NCBI GenBank assembly: GCA_043228905.1
Contig: JBHGNT010000017.1
Coordinates: 15,066,001-15,130,000 of the forward strand
DNA length: 64,000 nucleotides
DNA from: Azolla caroliniana
Taxonomy: Eukaryota; Plantae; Polypodiophyta
Direction of reading: 5' to 3'
Made by a program: the position numbers and the translations under genes. The notes beneath the pieces were generated by a model. The model was given only the letters and a program-made list of their open reading frames with translations. It searched no databases and had not been told where the DNA came from. Shown in pieces: positions 11,491-23,501 of this stretch. The number at the start of each line of letters is the position of its first letter. The stretch's first letter is position 1.

Positions 11491-12269
11491 TCATGAGAAA
11501 AAGGAGCTAAACAAATAGAAGTAGAAGGAAAGTCGAAGACCGGCCTAATCGGATGAACCGAAAAAGCAAACTCCAAAGGATCGGAAAGCCGAAAGGCTAA
11601 GCACACAACCGAGTGTGAGGACACCGAGCAGATAGGAGAAGATTGAGGATTCAGCGAGGAGCATAGGAGTAAGCATGAGAGAGAAGCAAACAATCGATCA
11701 AAGGCTGAGAGTTGGCATCGGGCACAAGTCGATTCGGACGAAATTCGATCCGAACTAGTCGATCCGACCGACTCATACAAGCCGATCAAGACGACATACG
11801 ATCCGGATAACTAGCCAAATTAGGCTAACTCTACAGATTCGGCTAAATGTTGACTGCCTTGTATGTATACAGCGTTGTAAATTTAGATTAAAATTGTAAT
11901 CTAGGTTTGCGGGGGGGGGATAACCCCAATCACTTGTATACGTAGGAAGAGTAGCCTTTTTATGACGGAGTTTGTTGGCATAAAACGCCGACTCCTTCCA
12001 AATTGTATCCTTAGGTGTGAACACGTTCACAAGTTAGGGCTTGAGTATATAAGCCCAACTATATCATTGTAATAGAGAGGTTTTTTCTTTTTTTCCGAAG
12101 AGAATAACAGAGCCTCCATTAGAGCTTAACAGTGTCTATCCTATCTTCTAGCTTCTTGCATATTCATACTTTGTCTGTGTTTTTTGTTGTACACATCTTC
12201 TTGTAGGTCCTCACATATTCTTCCGCATATTAGATTCCATACATTCAACTCTTATCATATTCCCCGTAC
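11490..12269 (+). repeat. Degraded LTR-like sequence
   Basis: TATA-like tatataagccc near 12046, LTR-like composition and an end at …cccgtaca. No TSD or partner found. Confidence 0.35.
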
Positions 12270-12309
12270 AACTATTACCAAGTTTTGGCAGCAATTGTGG
12301 AAACAATAA

Positions 12310-12960
12310 CACATTCTGATGGCTATTAATACATAGGTCACTAGCGGTTGGAGAGTGGCCACATGGAATCCTTGACTCTCCTAATTGTGTAGCATGCCCA
12401 AATGCAACAAAATCAATCCGGCATGCTTTGTGGGACTACCTAGAGACCCATCGAATATGGCGAGGGTTGGTTGCCTATTGCAATTATGCAAGGTGCAAGG
12501 CACAAGGCACAATCAAGTGGGGGAATGCATGTTAGCTATCATGGTAGGCCCCAATTGACAAATACAAATATCAGGAAGAGGGTATGACGTTGGTGATAAT
12601 TTGATAAAGGCACAAGAGATCTTGTTCTCCTCCACCGACAATATCCACTCAACTCCTATTAATGCCAAAGCTCAAGTTGTGTTGGAATTGCAATAACACT
12701 TTCGATTCTCTAGAAACAACGATGTAGGCTACTCTTCTCCAATCAAACCGTGCATTAGGCGACGTTATTGTAGGAGTTATGGAGTGAACTTGTAGCCACA
12801 CTAAAGAACCAATACGATGGCCTCATGAACGGAATTGATGGAGCCGAAGACAACAATTAGCCTTCTTCCAACAATGGTCGTCATCTCCCTTTCTTGAGTC
12901 TGTGGGCCTCCACATAAGATGGAACTATCCCGTCCCTACTAGGATTTGTATATAACATTC
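12310..12960 (+). mobile_element. Decayed L1-type LINE 3' fragment (zf-RVT region)
   Basis: Manual translation gives TF*WLLIHRSLAVGEW…DSPNCVACPNATKSIRHALWDYLETHRIW, matching the C-terminal cysteine-rich domain of LINE ORF2. Confidence 0.65.
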
Positions 12961-14199
12961 TAATCTATAAAACTTGATAGCTAATCTAGCTTGGCTCCAT
13001 GTGTGAAAAATAGAATTGCTAGATTGGATATGGAGCCAAGCTATCTATGAAAGGGATGGGCAATATATGGGAGTAACAGCATACGAGATAGAGGAACATA
13101 GTCAAATGTTGGGACTAAAAGTCTATCAATTTATTAGTAAAGAAGCTTTACATACATATATTGTGGCAATTGCATGATTGCCACATTTGGCATTCCAACT
13201 TTAACAACTTACTACCAAGTTTGCAATATGCTACAATTACACAATATATGTATGTACATTTCCTAAGGTATTACATTCATATATGACAATATCCTAGAGT
13301 TCTATAATAGAAGAGTCTATGATCGATGGTCGCATTGCCTTCACCATTGTAGGTTTCATTTCCTTGCTTCATTACATTGAGATTTCATCTATTGTTGAAG
13401 TGTGGACGCTTGAATCCCCAAAATTCTAGCTCAACTATGGAAAGGAATCAAATACCTAAGACCAAAATAGAGGTTTCCAAGATGTGTGTAGAAGTGTAGG
13501 TGCTTGAATCCCCAAAATTCTAGCCCAACTATGGAAGAGCTTTCCATATTTGGTAGCATTGATTGACATATTCTCATTCGTGGGGCCTCCCCGACGAATG
13601 CATACCAATACGAATACGAATACAAATGCATGAAAAATATTCGTTAAAAAAAAATAGAGTTCATAAAGTCCCTATTTTTTAGTTTCTTAGATATATCATA
13701 TAACAAAGAAAGAAAGAAATATTAACGCCTTCTAAGGCCAAATTTGGCCCATGAGACAAATGGTTTACAACAAAAAATGGGATATTTACCCATTCATCAA
13801 AAGTAAAAAATAAAAATAAAAATAGAGTTTTAAGCTAAATAGTTTTAGTAAAATAACAAACATGTTCTATATAAAAAACAGGTTCTACAATGAAAATGAT
13901 GTTATACTAGGCCTAATTCCATCCAAGTCTCTCGAAGAGAAGCAAGAGGTCAAAGGGTTTCGATGTGGATGTGGCCCGTGGTCCCAATGTAAAAGGTACC
14001 CCAACCATAGCTTCTAGTCAACGTAGCTCACGTTCCCTTATCTTCTTAATCTTTTCTACTCTGTGTCGACTTGTTTTGAAGCCCAACATCTGAGGGCGTT
14101 TAGTTGTTTTTGCATTTCGGCTTCCTCAAGAGAGAGGCCGAGCGGCGTAAATGTCTTAATAGGTAGGTATATCTTAGAGGGTGGGAGAGGGTATATCTT

Positions 14200-17100
14200 A
14201 CATAATAGGTATCTAATAGTTTGAAGAGGGTGGGAGAGGGTCCTAATATGTCTTGGTATTCCACTCGTATCTCGGCATAAGTTGGGCACTTTCATGTGAA
14301 GTGATACTCATCCTCTATCTCTATGTGGCACAACCTACATAGCATTTCCTCTCCAGGGACTCTATTAGACTAACCATTCTCAATCTCAAGTTGGTGAGAT
14401 GATATCCTAAGTTGTCCAAAGGCCACCCTTAGTGCATTTGATAAGAATGTATCTAGATATCTTGGTTGTGTAATAAAACCTAACTGAGACTCAAGAGAAG
14501 TGCAACAAGTGTTCCTTATAGTACAACATTTTAGATGGGAGTGGCTCTCGTGGGGTGATCTATTTATATCGAGTGTAAATTTGCCATATTTCTTGGCGTA
14601 TCACTTTATTACAGTCTTCATGAGATATTAGAGTTTGATCAGTCCCATGGTTGTACTTAAGGGGGGGTAGGTTATTAATGTTTATGTCGTTTGCAAGTAA
14701 CCAACTCACCACAGTGTTATACCAAGATCTAGTGTCTCCAGACGCATGTAGGGACCGGGATGCCTCAATGGCTCGATGGGATATCCTATCTTGTGGTTGG
14801 CTATGTATTCGATGAATAAAAACTACCACCTGAAAAAGTCATTCTACTAACATCAGGGGTAGGCTGAACTCTGCTCTAATAATGTCATGTGGTACTGTCG
14901 ATTTGCTTCGGAGTTGACGTGATAACATCGTCACCAAAGCTCTCTCTAATTGTGCCCACATGAAAGATGGTAGACCTGGAGCCCATACTATTGATGCATA
15001 CATGAGGGAAGGGGTCACTAATAAGTCGAAGATCCATCCCTTAGTCCATGGCTCTTGAAGTATGCCTAGTGGCATTGTCTCTCTAAGAGTGAGAGGGATC
15101 CATACCCCCTCATTAGCCTATCTTTGGTTGCCTGGGACATTGAGAATTTACCTGAGCAAGCACTAAAAGTGACTCCCAAGTATACATATAATCCAACTAC
15201 CTCAACTAGTTTATGAGAGAGGATTAGGTGACATTTACTCCTAACTCGGGATGATATATGAAAGATAAGGACTTTAGTTTTCGCTAAATTCACCACCAAT
15301 CCTCATTGTGTACAAAAGTCATCTAGGGCATTAAGATGCTTTTGTAGGTCATGTTCCGACTCCGAGAGCAAGACAATGTTGTATGCGTAGAGTAAGAGAC
15401 TAACTTGTGTATCCCCAATAGCTACTCCCTTGCCTCCCTTACGAGAATAAAATCAGTAATCTCATCAATGTAGATCCCAAAAAGAGTTGATGATAGGGGG
15501 CAACCCTGTTTTACACCAATGGTGCTAGTGAAACAATCGGATAGGCCACATGGGCATCTTATGCACCCAGAGACTTGCTCATATAGGGCATAAATGGCCT
15601 AGATCATGTCATTTGGTATCTCCAAGCTCTTAAGTCTATCAAACAACTTCTCCCTAGGAACTGTGTCAAAGGCTTTGCGGAAGTCCACAAAGCAACATAT
15701 ATAGTTTCTTCTTACGAGCCTTCGTCTGGTCAATTAAGCACCTAAGTGTGAAGATATGGTCAATAGTGGAGAAACTCGTCTAAAGCCAGCTTGCTCAGGT
15801 GCTCGAAGACTTAATGTTTCCATATAATCGATAAGCTCCGCTTCCATTACTATACCATATAGTTTAGCGAGCGTATGAGCTATCATAATGGTCCTATATG
15901 TATTTGGGTCCATTGGGTTCCCTCCTTTATGTATAGGGTCCATTGTGGTGGAAAACCCTTGGCGAGGGCACGGTTGAAGATTAGAGTGAGAAAGGGGGCT
16001 AGGCACTCTCGAGGATATATGATGTGCTCAACTCGCAATCCTCTATGGTCCATGGATTTCCTATGTTGTAATTTTTTTATGACCTTCATGACCCTAAAGG
16101 TCGTGAAAAGTGTCCCCATGGTAGGTCGAGGTGTGGAAGGCATTGGAATGGATGGTTGGTTTGGGACATGGTAGAGTCTCTCGATATATGTGTGCCAAAT
16201 ATTGGGATCCCCAATGGGTGTTTGTGGTCGTGGTTCCCGTAGTCTCTTCCATGAAAAGGCGCAATCCCTACTCATGAGCATATGGTAGAGTTTCCAATAT
16301 TGAGATGCTTCCCAAGCTCGTCTTTTACGACGTGTCATCTTGCGCATCTCTTTGCAAGCCTATACTGAGTAAATAGTACCACTAAGTCGCGGCACTTTAA
16401 GTTGTCTATACAACTCTCTACAATCCTCGTCATACCACTTGTTCTATGGCATAGACCCTATTCTACTATGATTGGAGTGTTTCGTGTATGGGAAGCTACT
16501 AATTGATGCTGAGTGAAGGATGTGTGCGAGTTCTGTAGTGAGGTTCTCTAAAGGCAAGGAAGAATCAAAAGAGGAGAGATGGGCTTGAACATGTCGGGAG
16601 TAGATGTCATCGAGCTCGTGCGTGAAATGTATTATGGTGTGATGGCTTGGTTGACTAGAGTTGGTGGCGTGGGAGGTGTCACATTTTAGCTCAAAGTATA
16701 GGAAGCTATGGTCTGCACCAATGGGACATGGGGCCACCGGAAGGGGTTAACCATGTGGGTAGATTCATGGCGTCCTATTAGGTTATCAATTGTGCTTTCC
16801 CCTCCTCCATGTGGGAAACATGTGAGCGCTTCCGAGCCCGGCCACTTGGCTAAGCCATTATATATGATCATCTAGTGTCGGCTTCCAAGTTCAACCAGAT
16901 GATGGCGAAATCTTGTGGCGTCCGCACCTTGATCCTTTGATGTACGCATTATGTCTAAGTCTAAAGGGTCGACATTCACCATTTCTAGGTTTCTATCCAT
17001 CTGAAATATTGTGCATTGTCGGGATTGGGTTCTCGCATTGAAATCTCCTACAAGGAAGACTTCCCCTTGAGAAGAATATCGGATTATGTCATTCGATAAA

Positions 17101-17556
17101 GGTTCATATGGAGAAGGCCCATGTGGCGTTCCTTCATCAACTATACTCGCCTCTCCAGCCATATTATACCGGGATCCTTTCGGGGGGAAGTAACAAACGA
17201 CGATAAATATTGCATGATCCTTGCTAGTGAGGACTTTCGCCCACATAAAACAGGCTTCTGGGTCTTTCTTTAGTATTTCTATCCTATTATGTATCTCTGT
17301 CCGAAATAGTATCACAACCCCTCTAGACCCTCTAGTAGTATGTTGACGTGAGGTTTGTCTAAAGACAGATTCCCAATGAAAATCGTCAACTTGTGGCAAT
17401 CCGCGATTTGGACTCTAATGTGTTTCTACTAAAAAAAGTATGTCAGATACCTTCAAAATCTCCTCTAGATGACCCAGGTCTATCCAAAGTGCACCGTTAC
17501 AGTTCCATAAAGTCATCCTAAGTTTATTTTCTGTCACATGGGCCACACGCCATCAA
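14200..17556 (-). mobile_element. Non-LTR retrotransposon ORF2 (APE + RT + C-terminal Cys/His domain), RTEX/CR1-like, pseudogenised
   Basis: APE motifs: MTLWNCNG, VCYFPP, LVGDFNART, TCFPHGGGESTID. RT motifs: PIHKGG…YRTI, EQAGFR, VDFRKAFDTV, GVKQGCPLS, VNLAKTKVLIF. C-terminus: GQLRISSHQLEIENG…CRLC…EDEYHF…CPTY. Many stops and frameshifts. Confidence 0.88.
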
Positions 17557-20500
17557 TGTTAGAAATTGACGCTTTCAAAACCTTCACCTCTCGGCCACAA
17601 CCGAGGAAACACGAGTCAATGCAGCAGTAAATCGAAAACACAGAGAGAGACTCGAATGCACAGGGTTTAGCGTGGAAAACCCTAGACAGGAAAAACCACG
17701 GGAGTGCAAGACTCCAACTATCACTATACGCAGGGAATGTACAATGGCGAGCTGCAAGGCGACGACCTTGAGCTCGCTGTCCTCGCCACAGGCGGCGGTA
17801 TTACACAGAGGCGTCGACCTCTTCCTTTCTCTCTCTCTCACTCTCTCTCTCGGCTGCTCTCACTTCGCTCCCTCTAAGTGGAAAACAGAAAAATGAGCAA
17901 CAACAACAAAACTGTTTGCCCTAAGTCATATTTATACACATATGACTTTCGGGCTATTTACAAATATAGCCTAGAGGGCCCTTGGCAAACATATTCACAA
18001 ATATGTCCCCGCATCCGGATCTCTCTCCGGGTACATTCTTCATCCGGCTCCGTAGCCGGGGTCTTCATCATCCGGATCCGAAACCGGGTCTTCATCATCC
18101 GGTTCCGATACCGGGTACTCCTCATTCGGGTCTTCATTCCCGATTCCCGGACATCTGACCATCCCATCCGGAGGGACCGTAATCCCAACAAACTCCCCCT
18201 TCACTTCGGCATGGGATGTCTCTCCAGTCCGACCCTCTTCCGGCACGCTTCCAGCTTGTCGGGTGTGAGCACTTTGGTCAGCATATCTGACCCGTTCTCG
18301 TCCGTGTGGATCTTCGTCAGCACGAACTCCTAGTCTTCTATCCTTTCCCGGATCCAGTGATATCTTCGCTGGATGTGCTTCGTCCGGGAGTGATAGGCCG
18401 CATTCTTCGCAAGGTGGATGGCACTCTGACTGTCGCAGTAGAGTCGGTACTCCTCCTGCCGGATACCGAGCTCTCTAATGAAGTCCTTCATCCATATTAT
18501 TTCCTTGCCGGCTTCAACAGCCGCCATGTACTCCGCCTCCGTGGTTGACAAGGCAACCGTCTTCTGCAGCCTCGACTGCCACGAAACAACTCCCCCTGCA
18601 TACGTCATCACATACCCTGATGTGGACCGGCTGGTATCTGCATCAGCCGACATATCCGAATCGGTAAAGCCGTCGAGTTCGGGCTTACCGGAGCCGAATC
18701 GGAGGCACACGTTTGTCGTGCCCTTCAGGTATCGGAGTATCCACTTGGCCGCGTTCCAGTGCTCTTTGCCGGGATTGCTCATGTACCGGCTCACCACTCC
18801 GACTGCATATCCTATGTCCGGTCTTGTACACACCATTGCGTACATCAAGCTTCCGACGACAGAGGCATATGGTACTTTCATCATGTCCTCCTTCTCAGCC
18901 TTTGTCTTGGGGCTTTGCTTGCTGGACAACTTGCAGTTTGCCGGGAGGGTTGACCCGACCGGTCTTGCTTCCGACATGTTGGACCGGTGAAGCACCTTTG
19001 TCACGTACTTCTCCTGTGACAGCCACAACTGCTTCTTCTTCCGGTCCCGGATGATGTGCATCCCTAGTATTTGCCTCGCCGGACCCAGGTCCTTCATTGA
19101 GAAGGTTCGGTGAAGCACTTTCTTCAGCATCCGTATCTTGACCTGGTCCCGTCCGACGATCAACATGTCGTCCACGTACAGGAGGAGTATTAGAAAGTCT
19201 CCTCCTTCGAACTTCTTCACAAACACGCAGTGATCGGACTGCGTTTTGTGGTACCCTTCGTCGGTCATGAAAGAGTCGAACTTCCGGTACCATTGCCGGG
19301 GAGCCTGCTTCAGTCCGTAAAGGCTCTTCTTCAACCGGCATACCAGGTGCTCCTTCCCTTTCTTCTCGAATCCTTCCGGTTGCTGCATGTAGATCTCTTC
19401 TTCGAGGTCACCGTGAAGGAATGCCGTCTTCACGTCCATCTGTTCTACCTCGAGGTCCATGCTTGCCGCTATGCTCAGCACCGTCCGGATGGAGGTTCAC
19501 TACCGGGGCAAATATCTCGTCGAAGTCGACACCCTTCTTCTGCTGGAACCCCTTCACCACGATCCTGGCTTTGTATCTCGGGGGGTTTCCGGCATCTCCC
19601 GGTTTCAGCTTGAACACCCACTTGTTTCGAAGTGCCCGCTTTCCTTTCGGCAACTCCACAAGTTCATATGTGTGGTTCTCATGCAGGGAATCCATCTCCT
19701 CCTGCATGGCACTTAACCACCTGCGGCTATGGGTGTCAAGCTTTGCTTCTTCAAAACTCTCCGGCTCCCCCTCGTCGGTTAGCAGCACGTGCTCTGGTTC
19801 CGGAAATCTCCGAGGGGCCCTTCTCTCTCTTAGAGGATATCTCCGTTCCGGAGCTTCGGTAACCGGCTCCTCCGTTTCCTCTTCATCCGAATCCATTTCG
19901 GGATCGGGGCCGGTTCCGGTATCAGTTTCATCTTCCTCGGCCGGTTCTGTTTCTTCACCGTCTTCGGCCGGATCCTCGAGTGCTAACCGGTCCCTTGCCG
20001 GTCGGGACTGCTCCTCGTAGAGTTGATCCTCACCGGTCGACTTGGAGCGCTTCATCTTCTTCTCCGACTCCCAGTCGGCGAGTGTCTTGTCCTCCATGAA
20101 GATGATATCACGACTCCGGAATATCTTTTTGTCGACCGGGTCCCATACTCGGTAGCCGAACTCGTCATCGCCGTAACCGAGGAATATGCATGGCCGGGTC
20201 TTTGGATCTAGCTTTCCTCTCCGGTCCTTTGCCACATGCACATATGCGAGACACCCGAACACCTTCAGATGCCGGTAGGATACTTCCCTACCGGTCCACA
20301 CTCTCTGCGGCGTGTCTCCGTCCAAAGGTATTGAGGGTGATCTGTTTATCACGTATGTCGCCGTCGACATTGCCTCAGCCCAAAACCCCTTGGGTAATTT
20401 CGCATGCGCCAGCATACTCCGGACCCTCTCCATTATGGTCCGGTTCATCCTCTCGGCCAGCCCGTTCAGTTTCGGCGTCTTCGGCACAGTAAACTCGAGC

Positions 20501-22934
20501 CGGATTCCCTTCGAGCGATAGTACTCCTCGAACTGCCCCCCGTATTCCCCTCCGTTATCCGCTCGTATCGCTTTCAGCTTCTTGCCGGATTCCCTTTCCA
20601 CTCTCGCGTGGAGTTCTTTGAAGACGCACAACACTTGGTCCTTTGTCTTCAACGGTGCTGTCCACAGCTTCCGGCTGTGGTCATCAATGAATGTCACGAA
20701 GTACTGGGCTCCGCCATGTGACTTCGTTTCTACTTGACACACGTCAGTGTGCACCAACTCCAATGGTGCGCTACGTCTCGTCGGTGGCCTTGAGTGGAAG
20801 GAGGTTCGGTTCTGCTTACCGGCCAGGCAATCGGTGCACTTCTCCAGGTGCACATGCTTCACTGGAATAAGGTTGCCTTCTGCAAGCCTCTTCATCCCCT
20901 TCTCACTCATGTGGCACAGTCTCTTGTGCCACAGCTCACCGGCAGTGTCGGCTGCCACGTTCAACTCCTCCGGACACAACCAGGCATTCATAAGGTACAG
21001 TGTGTTGACTTTCCGGGCCCGAGCCACTATCAGGCTCCCCTTGCTGAACTTCATTACGCAGTTCCGGATGCTACCTGTGTAGCCTTCATCGTCTAGCCTC
21101 CCGGCCGAAATCAGGTTCAATCGAACCTCCGGAACGTGTCGGACATCCTTCAGCAACATTTTGCATCCGGTCGAGGTTGTCAACCACACGTCTCCTATGC
21201 CGGCAATCCGGCACGTACCTTCATTTCCCATCCGAACACAGCCATGCTCACCGGCTGTGTAGGATGAGAAGTATCTTCTTTTCGGGGTCAGGTGGAATGA
21301 CGCTCCGGAATCGACCACCCAGGTAGTCTCATCGCCGGCAATGTTTAGTTCACCTTCTTCGGTGATGAGCATGATCTCCTCTTCACTTGCCGCGAGTGCC
21401 GTCGTTCCTTTCCGGTCCTGCCCTCGCCGATCCAAACCATTCCGGTCCGTGGCTCCCCGGTAAGCATCGTTCCGTTCCGAAGACTTCTTCGAATCGGTGT
21501 CGTCGGCTCCGTTGTCTTTTCGGTAATGCCGACAATTCTTTCGGAAGTGCCCCGGCTTCCCACAGTGGAAGCATGTGGGCCTTCCTCTTGACTGTGACCG
21601 GGTCCCCGACTTCTCCCGTCTTTGCGGACTCCGGTTCCGTTGTCTTCCCCGATCCGATTCGGTAAGCAGCATCTTCGGATCGGAGGCCGGTTCTTTATCT
21701 CTCCGACGCGCTTCTTCGTTCAAAATGCTTGTCTTTACCGTTTGTAGGGACAAGTTATCTTCGGTGCAGGAGGTGCTGAGAGTCACCACCAAGTTCTCCC
21801 AGCTTTCCGGCAATGTACACATCAGCATGATGGCTTGCATTGCATCCTCCAACGGGAACTTGATCGCCGCAAGCTGGTTCACGAATCCCATGAACGTGCT
21901 TACGTGTTCCACCATACTCTCGCCGTCCCGGTACTTGAGGTTCACTATCTTCCTCATCAGGGAGGTCCGGTTCAACGCATTCTTCCTCTCGTAGAGGCCC
22001 GACAGCTTCTGCCACATCTCATATGCGTTGGTGTCGTTCGCCACATGTTGTAGAACGCTCACGTCGACGTATTGCAGAATGGTTGCAACGGCTTTCCGGT
22101 TCAGAAGCCTCCATTCCGTCTCAAGTACCCCCTTGGGTATTTCCGACCTGTCGATCGGTTCATACAGGTCCCGAACAATGATCAGATCCTCCATCTTTAT
22201 CTTCCAGTCGGCGTAGTTCTGCGCATTCAGCACCATCATCCCCGGCTGCCCGCTGCTGCCGCCTTCCATTTTCTGCACTGCAGTCGCTCTGATACCAGAT
22301 TGTTAGAAATTGACGCTTTCAAAACCTTCACCTCTCGGCCACAACCGAGGAAACACGAGTCAATGCAGCAGTAAATCGAAAACACAGAGAGAGACTCGAA
22401 TGCACAGGGTTTAGCGTGGAAAACCCTAGACGGGAAAAACCACGGGAGTGCAAGACTCCAACTATCACTATACGCAGGGAATGTACAATGGCGAGCTGCA
22501 AGGCGACGACCTTGAGCTCGCTGTCCTCGCCACAGGCGGCGGTATTACACAGAGGCGTCGACCTCTTCCTTTCTCTCTCTCTCACTCTCTCTCTCGGCTG
22601 CTCTCACTTCGCTCCCTCTAAGTGAAAAACAGAAAAATGAGCAACAACAACAAAACTGTTTGCCCTAAGTCATATTTATACACATATGACTTTCGGGCTA
22701 TTTACAAATATAGCCTAGAGGGCCCTTGGCAAACATATTCACAAATATGTCCCCGCATCCGGATCTCTCTCCGGGTACATTCGTCATCCGGCTCCGTAGC
22801 CGGGGTCTTCATCATCTGGATCCGAAACCGGGTCTTCATCATCCGGTTCCGATACCGGGTACTCCTCATTCGGGTCTTCATTCCCGATTCCCGGACATCT
22901 GACCATCCCATCCGGAGGGACCGTAATCCCAACA
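17557..22934 (-). mobile_element. Full-length Ty1/Copia element C (Tnt1-like) inserted in the LINE
   Basis: 634-bp LTRs at 17557-18190 and 22301-22934 (about 4 differences). TSD ATCAA at 17552-17556 and 22935-22939. PBS TGGTATCAGAGC on the minus strand at 22286-22297. PPT at 18191-18204. Confidence 0.97.
18201..22269 (-). pseudogene. gag-pol of Copia C with one frameshift and one nonsense codon
   Basis: Gag with CFHCGKPGHFRKNC, protease WVVDSGAS, integrase, RT (LLYVDDML) and RNase H. A small deletion near 19495 disrupts the expected APVVKMTSIR motif, and a TAG lies at 18330. Confidence 0.93.
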
Positions 22935-22935
22935 A

Positions 22936-23138
22936 TCAATTGGTGGCATGATCATTTATTATCACACATTCATCTCGGTAAAAAGCACGATGCCCCTCTT
23001 TACGAGCTTGTATGACTCGCGGCATACAAGTTTTACAATGCTCAATTTGCATCTTGGTCAGGTCTTCATCGAGGTAGATAGGGTCCCCGCCCAATCCTCG
23101 AAGAATTTGTCTCTTTTTAAAAAATGTACGGCGAGCGA
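22936..23138 (-). pseudogene. C-terminal part of ORF1 of the RTEX-like LINE
   Basis: ARRTFFKKRQILRGLGGDPIYLDEDLT…; it becomes contiguous with ORF2 once Copia C (TSD ATCAA) is removed. Confidence 0.75.
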
Positions 23139-23501
23139 AGAAGAAGGGTGGAGCCATAGCATAGTTAAGAGGGTGTAACAGCCAAAACATTCATGAGGGG
23201 TAACGGTTCACACGCTAAGCATAACCGCCCATGACCCTATATAAAGTGCATGGAAAACTTGTAAAAAAATCTTAATCGTAATTTTGGTATGAAGAACTCT
23301 GAAATATAGATCTATTTTGCTTGATTCCTATGTTGAGTCATTGTACTCTGTGTTTTAAGTACATAAGGAGCCTGTTGTAGCCGTGAGCGTAATCTCCATA
23401 GCCTCCACGATCAAGATAACTATTACGATTCCTGTATACACTCGTTCACTCCTTCCCTAACCACGATACCCTTGAGCCGAACCCCAAAGGACCGAGGATT
23501 C

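Noticed and set aside
18478-22374. Many antisense and alternative-frame ORFs over Copia C (also over elements A and F)
   Set aside because: These are shadow ORFs expected in GC-rich coding sequence.
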